Shown here in pieces: positions 20,512 to 31,566 of a DNA stretch of 64,000 nucleotides. Position 1 is the first letter of the stretch; each line of letters starts with the position of its first letter. The stretch is from Nostoc sp. Its GTDB lineage: Bacteria; Cyanobacteriota; Cyanobacteriia; Cyanobacteriales; Nostocaceae. The notes under the pieces were generated by a model, which saw only the letters and a list, made by a program, of their open reading frames with translations, searched no databases and was not told the origin of the DNA. Where the stretch lies: positions 32,001-96,000 of the forward strand of contig JBALDB010000003.1 in the NCBI GenBank assembly GCA_036918135.1, given 5' to 3'. A program made the translations under genes and the position numbers.

Positions 20512-20848
20512 GTAATTTGTGTTGGCTCTACCGTTATAGAGTTGAATAGCACGCTTGTTTAGTTATTTGTTGAGGCAATCAGGGAAGTTGTACTGAAGCC
20601 GTCGCCGATCGGAACTCTATTACTACCTAAGTTAAATGGAACGGCTCTGTATGACCCCTGTTTCGTCACTCTGGGGAGAGAAAAATATTACCCTTATCTT
20701 CAGATTTAGACATCATTAAAAATTGAGCGATCGCATCTCGATTTTTTGATTGAAATTGCCTGATTGCAAAAAATGTAAAAACAAGAGTTTGAGATTCTTC
20801 TAAAACAGCCTTGTGCAAAAGATTTTTAATTGAAAATCTAAAATTCCT

Positions 20849-23509
20849 ATGACTCAAGAAGAAGCAAGATTGGCAGCAGACCGCCATCGCACAGCCTACT
20901 GGAAACGATGGGGTTCCTACCTGAGTGAACGCCAGTGGGGAACAGTGCGGGAAGACTATAGCCCTGATGGTAGCGCCTGGGAATTTTTTCCCCACGACCA
21001 TGCTCGCTCCCGTGCCTATCGCTGGGGAGAGGATGGGATTGCCGGAATTTCTGATAATCATCAGCGACTATGTTTTGCGATCGCTCTGTGGAATGGTGAG
21101 GATGCAATTCTCAAAGAAAGGCTTTTCGGCCTTACAGGGAATCAAGGGAATCACGGGGAAGATGTTAAAGAATACTACTTCTACCTGGATAATACCCCTA
21201 CTCACTCTTACATGAAATATCTTTATAAATATCCGCAAGCTGCTTTCCCATACAACCAGCTGCTAGAAGAAAATCGACGCAGAGATCGTCTTTGTCCAGA
21301 GTTTGAATTAATCGACACGGGTATATTTGACCAAGACCGCTATTTTGATGTATTCGTTGAGTATGCCAAGGCTTCACCTGACGATATTTTGATTCAAATT
21401 ACTGCGATTAACCGAGGCCCAGAAACAAAAACGCTGCATTTGTTACCAACCCTTTGGTTTCGCAACACCTGGTCTTGGACTGATAATCAACAAGAAAAGC
21501 CGTGGCTAAAAATTAGCCAATCTAACTCAGACCTCAGCACCATCGAAGCTTATCACTCCTCATTAGAAACCCGATGGCTGTACTGTAATGGAAATCCAGA
21601 ACTACTTTTTACAGAAAATGAGACTAATAATCAAAGATTATTTGGGGTTAATAATGCTTCGGCATACGTTAAAGATGGAATAAATAATTATGTGGTAGAT
21701 GGGCAAAAAACAGCCGTCAATCCCAATCGGATTGGCACTAAATTTGCAGCTCGTTACCAATTAGAAATTGGTGCAGGCGAAACTAAAACAGTGCAGTTGC
21801 GATTAAGTGACGCACAAAATTTAATTACCCCATTTGAGAGTGAATTTGATACGATTTGGCAACAGCGCCAGCGCGAGGCAGATGAATTTTATCAGCGGAT
21901 TTGTCCGTTGCCAATGTTAGAGGATAGGCAGAATGTCCAGCGACAGGCATTTGCTGGCATGTTGTGGAGTAAACAATTTTACTATTATGTAACCGAACAA
22001 TGGCTAAAAGGCGATCCGGCTGGGCCGCTGCCGCCAGCATCGCGACTAAGCGGCAGAAACCATGAGTGGTTTCATGTATTTAACGACGATATACTTTCCA
22101 TGCCGGATAAATGGGAATATCCTTGGTTTGCGGCTTGGGATTTAGCTTTTCATGTAATTCCGCTCTCGATGCTCGATCCCGACTTCGCCAAACTGCAACT
22201 GAGTCGCTTGACACGAGAATGGTATATGCATCCTAACGGTCAGCTACCAGCTTATGAATGGGCTTTTAGCGATGTCAATCCGCCCGTTCATGCTTGGGCA
22301 ACATGGCAGGTTTATCAGATCGAGCAAAAAATCTATGGTCGTGCAGATAAAAAATTTCTGGAGAGTGTCTTCCAAAAATTGCTGCTAAATTTTACTTGGT
22401 GGGTTAACCGGAAAGATTTTGAGGGTAAAAATATCTTTCAGGGTGGCTTTCTAGGTATGGATAATATTGGTATCTTCGACCGTAGCGTTCAACTCCCAAC
22501 TGGTGGATATCTGCAACAAGCAGATGGTACAAGTTGGATGGCGATGTATTCTCTGAATATGTTGACGATCGCCTTAGAGTTAGCAAAAGAAAATTCTACT
22601 TATGAAGACATCGCCAGCAAGTTTTTCGAGCATTTCTTGTACATTGCTGATGCCATGAATGGTGTTGGTGAAGCGGAAATAGCATTATGGGATGAAAGTG
22701 ATGGCTTTTACTACGATGCCCTACATTTACCAAATGGTAATCAATTCCCGATGCAAGTGCGATCGCTAGTGGGGTTAATCCCATTGTGTGCCGTGAGCAT
22801 TTTAGAACCAGAAACCTTAGAGCGACTCCCAGGCTTTAAGCAACGGACGGAATGGTTTTTGACAAATCGCACCGATCTGACCGGAAATATCGCTTGTATG
22901 CAGAAACAAGGTGTTGGCGAACGCCGACTGTTAGCGATTGTTTATCAAGATAAGCTCCGTCGCATCTTAGAAAAGATGTTAGACGCAACAGAATTCTTCG
23001 GGACTTATGGTATTCGCTCTGTTTCTAAAGTTCATGCATCCGCTCCTTACGTTTTAACGGTAGATAATCAGGAGTATCGAGTCGATTATGAACCTGCCGA
23101 GTCTACCACAGGAATGTTTGGCGGTAATTCTAACTGGCGTGGCCCAATTTGGTTTCCGATTAATTATCTACTCCTAGAATCACTACAAAAGTTCTATCAC
23201 TACTTCGGCGATGATTTCAAAGTTGAGTGTCCCACAGGTTCAGGTCAAATGATGACGCTTAAGGAAGTATCAATTGAATTAGCTCAAAGGCTGATCCAAA
23301 TTTTTCTCAAAGATGCTTCTGGTCGGCGACCTTTTTATGGTGGAACAGAAAAATTTCAAACTGACCCGAATTGGCACGATTTGATTCTGTTCAATGAATA
23401 TTTTCATGGAGATAATGGCGCTGGTATTGGTGCTAGTCACCAAACTGGTTGGACAGGTTTAATCGCCAAACTAATTCAGCAATGTGCAGAACAGATGTTG
23501 TCAGATTAA
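20849..23509 (+). CDS. GH63/MGH1-like glycoside hydrolase
   Basis: '[12 protein letters not shown]', '[18 protein letters not shown]', '[12 protein letters not shown]'. Confidence 0.9.
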   Translation: MTQEEARLAADRHRTAYWKRWGSYLSERQWGTVREDYSPDGSAWEFFPHDHARSRAYRWGEDGIAGISDNHQRLCFAIALWNGEDAILKERLFGLTGNQGNHGEDVKEYYFYLDNTPTHSYMKYLYKYPQAAFPYNQLLEENRRRDRLCPEFELIDTGIFDQDRYFDVFVEYAKASPDDILIQITAINRGPETKTLHLLPTLWFRNTWSWTDNQQEKPWLKISQSNSDLSTIEAYHSSLETRWLYCNGNPELLFTENETNNQRLFGVNNASAYVKDGINNYVVDGQKTAVNPNRIGTKFAARYQLEIGAGETKTVQLRLSDAQNLITPFESEFDTIWQQRQREADEFYQRICPLPMLEDRQNVQRQAFAGMLWSKQFYYYVTEQWLKGDPAGPLPPASRLSGRNHEWFHVFNDDILSMPDKWEYPWFAAWDLAFHVIPLSMLDPDFAKLQLSRLTREWYMHPNGQLPAYEWAFSDVNPPVHAWATWQVYQIEQKIYGRADKKFLESVFQKLLLNFTWWVNRKDFEGKNIFQGGFLGMDNIGIFDRSVQLPTGGYLQQADGTSWMAMYSLNMLTIALELAKENSTYEDIASKFFEHFLYIADAMNGVGEAEIALWDESDGFYYDALHLPNGNQFPMQVRSLVGLIPLCAVSILEPETLERLPGFKQRTEWFLTNRTDLTGNIACMQKQGVGERRLLAIVYQDKLRRILEKMLDATEFFGTYGIRSVSKVHASAPYVLTVDNQEYRVDYEPAESTTGMFGGNSNWRGPIWFPINYLLLESLQKFYHYFGDDFKVECPTGSGQMMTLKEVSIELAQRLIQIFLKDASGRRPFYGGTEKFQTDPNWHDLILFNEYFHGDNGAGIGASHQTGWTGLIAKLIQQCAEQMLSD

Positions 23510-23572
23510 TTTCAGACTTTGGGAAATCGCTAATTGGCGAAAATGTCTATGTGAACAACACCACGAAAAGCG

Positions 23573-23663
23573 AATTGGTAATTGCTAATTGGTAATTGGA
23601 ATAAATAACTGACGATTACCCATTACCCATTACCCATTACCTTTTTCCCAATTCCCAATTACC
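23573..23663. repeat. STRR heptamer arrays in inverted arrangement
   Basis: (AATTGGT)n ... (ATTACCC)n. Confidence 0.75.
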
Positions 23664-23834
23664 AAAAAGACCAATCATATTGTAAGTAATTAGCCGAACT
23701 TAATATCAAACTCAATCACAGGCAGATGATAAAAGAACAACTGCTGTTTCTTGACAATATACTGCACATAGTAATTTGGCACGATCGCACCTTGCTCAAT
23801 CAAAAGGGAAATTACTAAACCAGCAACACAAATT

Positions 23835-24012
23835 ATACCAATTTTAAAAAAGAATACGACAGATATATACGGACATACCTTTGTTCTGTGTGGCTTTCTT
23901 AATGCGTGAATTTTGTTAGCGTAGCGTTAGCAAGTCCACGTACTCTTACAGAGAAGCAAGCTACGCGCAGCGTCTCGTAGAGAGCGTCATTTTGAATTTT
24001 GAATTGGTATTA
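23835..24012. repeat. Inverted-repeat element with nested small repeats
   Basis: ATACCAATT...AATTGGTAT ends; contains GTTAGCGTAGCG and AAGCAAGCTACGCGCAGCGTCTC plus (TTTTGAA)n. Confidence 0.55.
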
Positions 24013-24230
24013 CCCTTTTTTCACAAAGCAGGTTTTAAACAAAGTAATTGCTTGATGTATATTTTATATATTATTATCAACTATAATTAAGATAAAAAAA
24101 AATTATAATACTTGAGCAAACTTTTTTCTGAAAATAGAAGTAAATCAAGGAGTAAAAAGTATTGTATTTTGATAAGATTCAAAAAATAACAAAATTAAAA
24201 TAACAGAATTATAAGTTCTGTAGAGATAGC

Positions 24231-24974
24231 ATGGTCTTTAGGTACGGGTTCGTTGCATCTAGCTTAATAGTTTTCTTCGCATTTGGCTGTAGTAATGGGG
24301 CAAACTCATCAAAAGAAAATACCACACAATTTGTACAGGAAAGTAATGTAACCCAGCTTTTAGTAGAAGCGAAGGCTACCCAAAATGCAGAAGCTTTCGT
24401 GACTCAAGGCAATAATTTATTAGATAACCAGCGTTACCAAGATGCAATCAAAGCATACGACAAAGCGATCGCCATGAAAGCTGAGATTGCTGAAGCTTGG
24501 ATCAACCGTGGGATAGCTTTAACATCCCTGCACCGCTACAAAGACGCTGTTGCTTCCTACGATCGAGCGATCGCCATCAAGCCTGACAAAGATGAAGCTT
24601 GGTATAACCGTGGTATAGCCTTAACATCGCTGCAACGCTACCAAGACGCTGTTGCATCTTACAATCGAGCGCTCGCTATCAAGCCTAACAAGTATGAAGC
24701 CTTAACCAACCGAGGCATTGCTTTGACAAAGTTGAAACGCTATCAACAAGCGATCGCATCTTACGATCGAGCGATCGCCATCAAACAAGATTTGCACCAA
24801 GCATATTACAACAAAGCTTGTTCTTATGCTTTACAGGGCGATGTAGAATTAGCAACTGAAAACCTAGACCGAGCGATTCAACTTGTTCCACAAAAGTACA
24901 AAAAGCTAGCCAAAACTGACCCTGACTTTAACAAAGTGCGTAGTCAAAAGCGGTTTCAGGAATTACTGCAATAG
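24231..24974 (+). CDS. TPR-repeat lipoprotein
   Basis: Lipobox AFGC; tandem 34-aa TPRs; C-terminal 'YYNKACSYALQG...AKTDPDF'. Confidence 0.88.
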   Translation: MVFRYGFVASSLIVFFAFGCSNGANSSKENTTQFVQESNVTQLLVEAKATQNAEAFVTQGNNLLDNQRYQDAIKAYDKAIAMKAEIAEAWINRGIALTSLHRYKDAVASYDRAIAIKPDKDEAWYNRGIALTSLQRYQDAVASYNRALAIKPNKYEALTNRGIALTKLKRYQQAIASYDRAIAIKQDLHQAYYNKACSYALQGDVELATENLDRAIQLVPQKYKKLAKTDPDFNKVRSQKRFQELLQ

Positions 24975-25292
24975 ACGGCCATTGAAAAGAAGCATAGGCG
25001 TAGACAGGAAAGACTTGCTGCAACTTCTCCTCTGCTTTCCATTCCTTATATCCTAAAGCCACTTGACCGAATAATTACTCCCTTCCCAGTGTCAGATTAC
25101 CGATGTAATTTTTTAATCCTCTGTTCCCTTGCTCCCTTACTGCCTAAATGGGAATCTTCTGGCGCACAAGGAGTAATAGTGCAAGCCCTTCAATTAATTA
25201 ATGTAAAAAAATATTTAGTCAATTTCTCTGCCTGCAACTAAAGTCTAGGGGTAATAACTAGAAATTACTAATTATCAATTACAAATTATGTT

Positions 25293-25508
25293 ATATCATG
25301 TCCAGCTAATCACTTGTGATTAAAATCTCTCTACGTGTCCTTGTATCAGCCTAAATGATACAGCAGTTTGCAAGTAAATGAGGTACAAAACGTAGGACTC
25401 ACGTATCAAATATAAAGAGTTTCTACCTTCTGCCTTCTGCCTTAAAACCTGTAACTTTGTACCTCATGCAAAAGAAAAGTGCTGTAAGTCTTTAAACGGA
25501 CATGATAT
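25293..25508. repeat. Nested MITE-like elements
   Basis: Outer ends ATATCATGTCC...GGACATGATAT; inner family B element TACAGCAGTTT...AAAGTGCTGTA at 25359-25486. Confidence 0.7.
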
Positions 25509-25555
25509 TAACGGGAGTAAATAAGTCAAAAAATCAAAGCTGATTACTGTAGTAA

Positions 25556-26977
25556 CTAGCTGATATTCTCAAACCAAGCTTCTAAATCTCCGACACAAGA
25601 AAAATACAGTAACGCTTCAGCTAAATTTTCCAGATCAGGGGTTGACAAATTTGCAATTCTGCTTTTTATCTGTGGACTAATTTCTCCCAAGCGCCGATTA
25701 AGTAGACGCATTAACAATTTTAATTCTCCCTGCTTTTGGGCTTGTTGCATCCAACTGTTAACTATCTGTATGACTTTTTCCTGCTGTTTTGGTTCAATGG
25801 TAGCAAGTTGCTCTTGAAACACTACTTCTTGTTGGGAACTCAATTCTAAATATGTATTAATACCAGAAATTAACTGCCCTTGTGCAGGGTTGAGTTGAAA
25901 ACTTGTTAACAATGTTAATTCTAATGGGTTTGCTGTTGGATCGTAAATCCAACTCACAACAGAACCTTCTAATTGCTGATAAGATTCTACACTGTTAGCA
26001 AGGGCGATCGCTAGTTGTTGTATTTCTTTGAGGTGAAGATTTTCATCAGCAGATACCGCTTGTTTTAATTTTTGGGCTAGTTGTTGTAATTGACTTTGGC
26101 TGAAAATTTGGTTTTGGTTGGGGTCAATGATTTGTAATAAAACTGAAAAACGAGAAGTTTTTGAGGCTGTGAGAATTTGTTGGACAGCCGCGGTGACTGC
26201 GGCTTGATTGCGTTTTTTTTGGACTCGTTCCCATTCGCTTTGAATGCTTTGTAATGCTTTCAGAGTAAGATTTAAACGAGCTTTCTTTAACTCAGGAGTT
26301 TCTCTTTGAAACAAATCCGGATAAATTGTTACTTTCTTTAGTTCAGATTGGGTAGAATTCAAGCAATCGCTCAAACAGCGTTCAAAGGTTTCCCCATTCC
26401 CATTACTAACATTTTCTACTAATTGATGATATATGTATTCTTGAGAACAAATTTCATCTTTGAGGATGGTAGTTACAATTTCTGCTATTAACTTTTGATA
26501 GCTGTCAGATAAGGAATTAGATACTGCGTCTGGGGTAACTTTTGCTATTAGATTAGGCTTTACTAAACTTTCTTCAAAAGTAGGGGAAGTAGGTATTTTT
26601 TCTTGACTTGGTGTTGCTAAGCTTTGGCGAGAATTTGTAGGTGAAGCATTTGCTTGAGAATTAGATAAGTAATAATCTGCTAAAGACCCGCAGAGAAACT
26701 CTTCACGAAAGCGGTCTATTTTTGCAGTTGAGTATAATCGGCACTGACGATGTTTCTGATAGAAACCAAAAAAGAGTAAGCCTGCGATGACTCCTATACC
26801 AATTCCTGTAATAGCAAAGTTTACATCTTCTGAAGTATCATTTTGTTGCTCATATTCGACAGTCGGATTAAAAGATGCATCTTGAGCAACAGCATAGTTA
26901 CTTCTTAAAGTTAGCTGCACGCTAGTTGCGATCGCCGCCGATAGGATAAATCTAAATATTAATTTTGATTTGTGCAT
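25556..26977 (-). CDS. Chimeric membrane protein with C-terminal DUF4351/Rpn-type tail
   Basis: Signal and TM, helical middle, 'LLMRLLNRRLGEISPQIKSRIANLSTPDLENLAEALLYF...DLEAWF'. Confidence 0.7.
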   Translation of the reverse strand: MHKSKLIFRFILSAAIATSVQLTLRSNYAVAQDASFNPTVEYEQQNDTSEDVNFAITGIGIGVIAGLLFFGFYQKHRQCRLYSTAKIDRFREEFLCGSLADYYLSNSQANASPTNSRQSLATPSQEKIPTSPTFEESLVKPNLIAKVTPDAVSNSLSDSYQKLIAEIVTTILKDEICSQEYIYHQLVENVSNGNGETFERCLSDCLNSTQSELKKVTIYPDLFQRETPELKKARLNLTLKALQSIQSEWERVQKKRNQAAVTAAVQQILTASKTSRFSVLLQIIDPNQNQIFSQSQLQQLAQKLKQAVSADENLHLKEIQQLAIALANSVESYQQLEGSVVSWIYDPTANPLELTLLTSFQLNPAQGQLISGINTYLELSSQQEVVFQEQLATIEPKQQEKVIQIVNSWMQQAQKQGELKLLMRLLNRRLGEISPQIKSRIANLSTPDLENLAEALLYFSCVGDLEAWFENIS

Positions 26978-27359
26978 AATCTAACAGTTTAATATATTAT
27001 CAACTTCTGGGTTGCTTTGGATTTAATCTAGACATCGAAATTAAACTCATATATTTAGAGTAATAAACTTTACCGATAGTAGTATCCGGAATATCTTCTA
27101 ATTTTTTAACATTTTGGCATCTTATATCATCCTGACCAAACAAGATTTTAACTTATGGGTGATGGCGATCGTATTACTTAACAGAAAAATTTACTGATAA
27201 ATAAAAATTTTTAGTGAACAAATATCACAATACAAAATTATTACTTCGGGGATTTACTAAATAGAGTAACGCATAAAACCATTAACCGATGTGTATTGAA
27301 AAACGTAGTAAAAAAAGCATCATTAAAGCATCGCAATCATGCTTAAAAGTAACTAAGAG

Positions 27360-30300
27360 ATGCATGTTAATGTTTTAATCTCATCGTCTTACTTTGTACT
27401 TCTTACTATGCATCTGCACTATTCGCACCCCCAACACCTTGAAGAATTAGTCAAGAGTAGTGGTATAGACTTACACTTAGTGCATCTCAATTTTCGGTCA
27501 CTCCAAGGTGTAACTGCTTATGAGTACTTGTTGATTTCTCAGCTACTTCCTCGCACTAATACGGGAATGGTAAAAAGTAGTTGGTTGCAGCGTTACGCTC
27601 ATATTACTGAAGGTGGTTGGTGGTGTTCAGGACTAGACCCCTTAAATAATTGGCAAATCATGGAATGGGGATGCTTTAAACCAAACCAACCTCGAAAAAA
27701 TAACAATGGCAAATTTATCAAATACGAGCATCCCCCCAGCACGCCAACGCGGGTATTTTGTTTGCGGGTAACACAGCAAGTCTGGCAGCAAGTTGCAGGG
27801 CGTTACAATCTGCTAATGCCTGATGATATGACTATTACCCCCGATGGCGAAGCTAGCGGTTTTTGGCAATGGGTGATAGAAAAGAATATTCCTGTGATTA
27901 TCTGCGAGGGTGTGAAGAAAGCAGCAGCGCTACTGACACAAGGATATGCAGCTATTGGTGTTCCTGGAATTACCAGTGGTTATCGGGTTATCAAAGATGA
28001 ATTTGGTAAAATCACCCGTCGCCAGCTAATTCCTGACTTAGCCGCCTTGGCGATGACAAAGCGTCGCTTTTATATTTGCTTTGATTTTGAAACTCAGCCG
28101 AAAAAAATTGCTGCTATAAATAATGCCATTTCTCAACTTGGTTGTTTACTCCAGCAAAAAAATTGCCCTGTTAAAGTTATCGAACTTCCAGGAACAGAAA
28201 AAGGCGTTGATGATTTTATTATTGCCAAAGGTGCAAGTAATTTTGAGAAACTTTATCGTCAAAGTCTTGATTTAGAAATTTATCTTGCCCAAACCAAACT
28301 CCACACCGAATTAAGTATTCCTGCTACATTAACTTTTGACCGTCCTTACATAGGCGAAATACTTTTGCCAACCTCTGGATTAGTAGGAGTAAAATCAGCA
28401 AAAGGAACAGGTAAAACTACAGCATTACAAAGTGTTTTACAGCGAGCAAAAAATAGAAATCAACCTATTTTATTAATTACTCATAGAATTCTACTTGGAC
28501 GATTTTTGTGTGAAAAAATTGGTATCCAATGGGGACTAGGAATGAGTGACTGGGAATTAAATAATAATTTTCTCAATCACCAATACTCAATTCCCAAATC
28601 TTTTGGTTTATGCGTTGATTCAATTTGGAAATTAAATCCTGAAGATTGGTATGGGGCAATAGTAGTTTTGGATGAAGTCGAACAAACTTTATGGCATCTA
28701 CTAAATAGTAATACTTGTAAAAATAAGCGGATCAAAATATTAAAATTATTTCAACAACTAATTGCTACAGTTTTAACAACCGGAGGATTAGTAATTGCTC
28801 AAGATGCTGACTTATCAGATGTTTCACTTGAATATTTACAAGGATTAGCAGGAATAAAATTAATACCTTGGATAGTTCTTAACGAGTGGAAACCTCGGCA
28901 AGGATGGGACGTTACTTTTTATGATTCACCGAATCCAACACCGCTAATTCATCAACTAGAACTAGATTTACTTGCTGGGCGTAAATGTTATGTCACTACT
29001 GATAGTCGTGCTGGGCGTTACAGTTGTGAAACCATAGAACGTTATTTAAAAGAACGGTTACAAAAATTAAGACAACAGTTTCCTCAAACTTTAGTAGTTA
29101 GCAGTCACACTACAAACACACCAGGTCACGCAGCAGTAGATTTTATTGCAGCTATTAATCAAAAAATCTCTGAATATGATGGTGTTTTTGTTACCCCTAG
29201 TCTTGGTACGGGAATTAGTATTGATGTTCAACATTTCGACCGAGTTTATGGGATTTTTCAAGGTGTAATTCCTGACTCGGAAGCACGACAGGCATTAGCA
29301 AGAGTGCGAGATAATGTACCGCGTATTGTCTGGTGCGCTAAGCGAGGTGTTGGTTTAATTGGAAGTGGTAGTACAAATTATCGTTTGCTATCTGACTGGT
29401 ATCAAGAAAATCAAAAAGAAAATTTAGCTTTGCTCAGTCCATTACATAAAATAGATGTGGATTTACCTTTAGTTCATGACCCAATTCATTTGCGAACATG
29501 GGCAAAATTATCTGCTAAAGTAAACGCATCGATTCGCCTCTACCGTCAATCAATGCAAGATGGTTTAATTGCTGACGGACATATGATTAAAATGCGAAGT
29601 AATGCAGTTCATAATAATATTATACGAGATTTGCGCCTTGCCTTCTTAGCAACTGAGCCGAATGATTTCGCAACTCGTAAGAAATTAATTTTAGAAATTA
29701 TCAAAGTCCAAAAAGATTGGGTACAAAGCCGACAAAAAGCTAAAGATATTAAATATAAAATTAAAGAAATTAAACAACAAAATCAATTAATATCTGCAAA
29801 ATCTGTAGCTAACGCTAAAGATATCGATTATGTAGAATATGAGCGGCTATTAATTAAACATTCTTTGACTGATGAAGAACGCAACCAAATTAATAAATAT
29901 GTTCTCAGACAAAAATATGGAATAGAAGTTACTCCTGCGCTGAAATTACAGGACGACCAAGGATATTATACTCAATTATTATTTCACTATTATCTGATTC
30001 ATGAAAGCGAGTATTTTAATATTAGAGATTGGCAAGAATGGTATCAGCAATTATCTTACGGTCAAGGAAAGGTTTTTCTACCAGATTTAAAGACTTACAC
30101 TCTAAAAGTTGAGGCAATGAGAGCTTTAGGTATATTGCAATTCCTGGAAATAGGACGAGAATTTACAGAAAATAATACTGAGTTAATTTTATTAAAAAAT
30201 GTTGCTTTTCAGTATAGTAAGCATATTAAAAGAGTACTTGGTATTAGTTTCTTTGGAAACAAAGAACAACTTTGGGGAATTAAAATACTCACCCGATTAT

Positions 30301-30551
30301 TAAATTTGTTAGGGTTAAAACTCAAGCGAGTAAATGAAGTTTATCAAATCGATTCAGCAACATTAAATGATGGTAGAGAAAAAATATTTGCAGTTTGGCA
30401 TCAACGAGATGAATTGATGTTGGCTCATGTTAAGAGCGGTGGCTATAGAGTAGCTGATTATTCACCATTCAAGACAGAGATTATCGAAACCAAGTCTGAG
30501 AGGGTAGATTGGAGATTATCTACGCCTAGTCTCCCGTTATCTAAAATATGA
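27360..30551 (+). CDS. CyRepA1-family replication protein (DUF3854 TOPRIM-like plus helicase-like)
   Basis: 'KYEHP', 'IICEGVKKAA', 'ICFDFET', 'KGVDDF', Walker A 'KSAKGTGKT', Walker B 'VLDEVEQ', 'TPSLGTGISID'; real start may be 27408. Confidence 0.85.
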   Translation: MHVNVLISSSYFVLLTMHLHYSHPQHLEELVKSSGIDLHLVHLNFRSLQGVTAYEYLLISQLLPRTNTGMVKSSWLQRYAHITEGGWWCSGLDPLNNWQIMEWGCFKPNQPRKNNNGKFIKYEHPPSTPTRVFCLRVTQQVWQQVAGRYNLLMPDDMTITPDGEASGFWQWVIEKNIPVIICEGVKKAAALLTQGYAAIGVPGITSGYRVIKDEFGKITRRQLIPDLAALAMTKRRFYICFDFETQPKKIAAINNAISQLGCLLQQKNCPVKVIELPGTEKGVDDFIIAKGASNFEKLYRQSLDLEIYLAQTKLHTELSIPATLTFDRPYIGEILLPTSGLVGVKSAKGTGKTTALQSVLQRAKNRNQPILLITHRILLGRFLCEKIGIQWGLGMSDWELNNNFLNHQYSIPKSFGLCVDSIWKLNPEDWYGAIVVLDEVEQTLWHLLNSNTCKNKRIKILKLFQQLIATVLTTGGLVIAQDADLSDVSLEYLQGLAGIKLIPWIVLNEWKPRQGWDVTFYDSPNPTPLIHQLELDLLAGRKCYVTTDSRAGRYSCETIERYLKERLQKLRQQFPQTLVVSSHTTNTPGHAAVDFIAAINQKISEYDGVFVTPSLGTGISIDVQHFDRVYGIFQGVIPDSEARQALARVRDNVPRIVWCAKRGVGLIGSGSTNYRLLSDWYQENQKENLALLSPLHKIDVDLPLVHDPIHLRTWAKLSAKVNASIRLYRQSMQDGLIADGHMIKMRSNAVHNNIIRDLRLAFLATEPNDFATRKKLILEIIKVQKDWVQSRQKAKDIKYKIKEIKQQNQLISAKSVANAKDIDYVEYERLLIKHSLTDEERNQINKYVLRQKYGIEVTPALKLQDDQGYYTQLLFHYYLIHESEYFNIRDWQEWYQQLSYGQGKVFLPDLKTYTLKVEAMRALGILQFLEIGREFTENNTELILLKNVAFQYSKHIKRVLGISFFGNKEQLWGIKILTRLLNLLGLKLKRVNEVYQIDSATLNDGREKIFAVWHQRDELMLAHVKSGGYRVADYSPFKTEIIETKSERVDWRLSTPSLPLSKI

Positions 30552-30561
30552 GAACCTTTAA

Positions 30562-30658
30562 TAGGGGAACTCCAACAAATAAATTATTCCGTTTGAAGTT
30601 GATGACTGTTGACTGTTGAGTGTAAATAGTGGGATATTTTTTATAAAGGAAGTTCCTA
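30562..30658. repeat. Short MITE-like element, family C, copy 2
   Basis: Homologous to 16132-16220, inverted. Confidence 0.7.
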
Positions 30659-31095
30659 ACCGCTTAAGAAATGCTTTCAAACTCAGGTTGGGTATGGGAA
30701 TCGTTCTTTAACAGTTGGCAGACAAACTAGTTGAGAACGGAGCGGGTAGTGAACTGTGCCAAATCAACTTTTGGCAGTACTCACCAAAATCGAAATTAAC
30801 GGTCGTTTATCTGATAAATCCTATAGGTAATGAAATTGCCTCTTACAAGGACACGCTTAAAAGTAAAGTTGATACCTCCGGTAAACACCTACTCAAGGTT
30901 AAGCACTTGCAAACTAAGCTAATATCCACAGTTGCCAATGTTCTGTTTCGTAAGTTGTTGAGAGCTTGCGCCAAACAAACCCCATTGGTTAATGACTTAT
31001 GACTAATTACTAATGACAATCTCCCAATAGTGGGGGGTTGTAAAATGATTTAATACTTTAGAGTGAAATTAAATATATAAAAGAGCAATTTTCAA

Positions 31096-31566
31096 ATGAC
31101 CATTTACTTTTATAAGGCTTGGCAGCCTTATGGCTGTTTTTCTAACTTTTCTTTCCATGCAATCTACATCCAGGGTACTTACTGGGCAACGGTTGAGCAT
31201 TATTATCAAGCGCAAAAGTTTGTTGGCAGTACGGATGCAATAATTATACCTTTCATTCATGCCGCCCCTACTCCCGAAGAAGCTGCTGCTTTGGGAAGAT
31301 GTACTACTCGCCAATTACGTGGAGACTGGGATTTGGTCAAAACTCAAGTGATGCGAGAAGCTGTACTCAAAAAGTTTCTCACTCATGCTGATATTAGAGA
31401 AGTTCTTTTGAGAACAGGCGATGAGATGTTGGTTGAAAACTCCCCAACCGATTATTTTTGGGGTTGTGGCGCTAATAAAACCGGTCAAAACCATCTCGGT
31501 AAAATTCTCATAAGTGTTCGTGAAGAAATCCGTAAGTTACTATCTTTAACAGTAATTTACGAATAA
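31096..31566 (+). CDS. NADAR/YbiA family N-glycosidase
   Basis: 'YGCFSNF', 'TVEHYYQAQKF', 'KF..H..IREVLLRTG', 'ENSPTDYFWGCG...GQNHLGKIL'. Confidence 0.92.
   Translation: MTIYFYKAWQPYGCFSNFSFHAIYIQGTYWATVEHYYQAQKFVGSTDAIIIPFIHAAPTPEEAAALGRCTTRQLRGDWDLVKTQVMREAVLKKFLTHADIREVLLRTGDEMLVENSPTDYFWGCGANKTGQNHLGKILISVREEIRKLLSLTVIYE

Noticed and set aside
24440..24800. 102-bp periodic repeats rich in GCGATCGC
   Set aside because: These are TPR coding units containing HIP1, ordinary for cyanobacteria
30715..31002. 95-aa ORF between CyRepA1 and NADAR
   Set aside because: TTG start, no recognisable motif; not supportable as a gene
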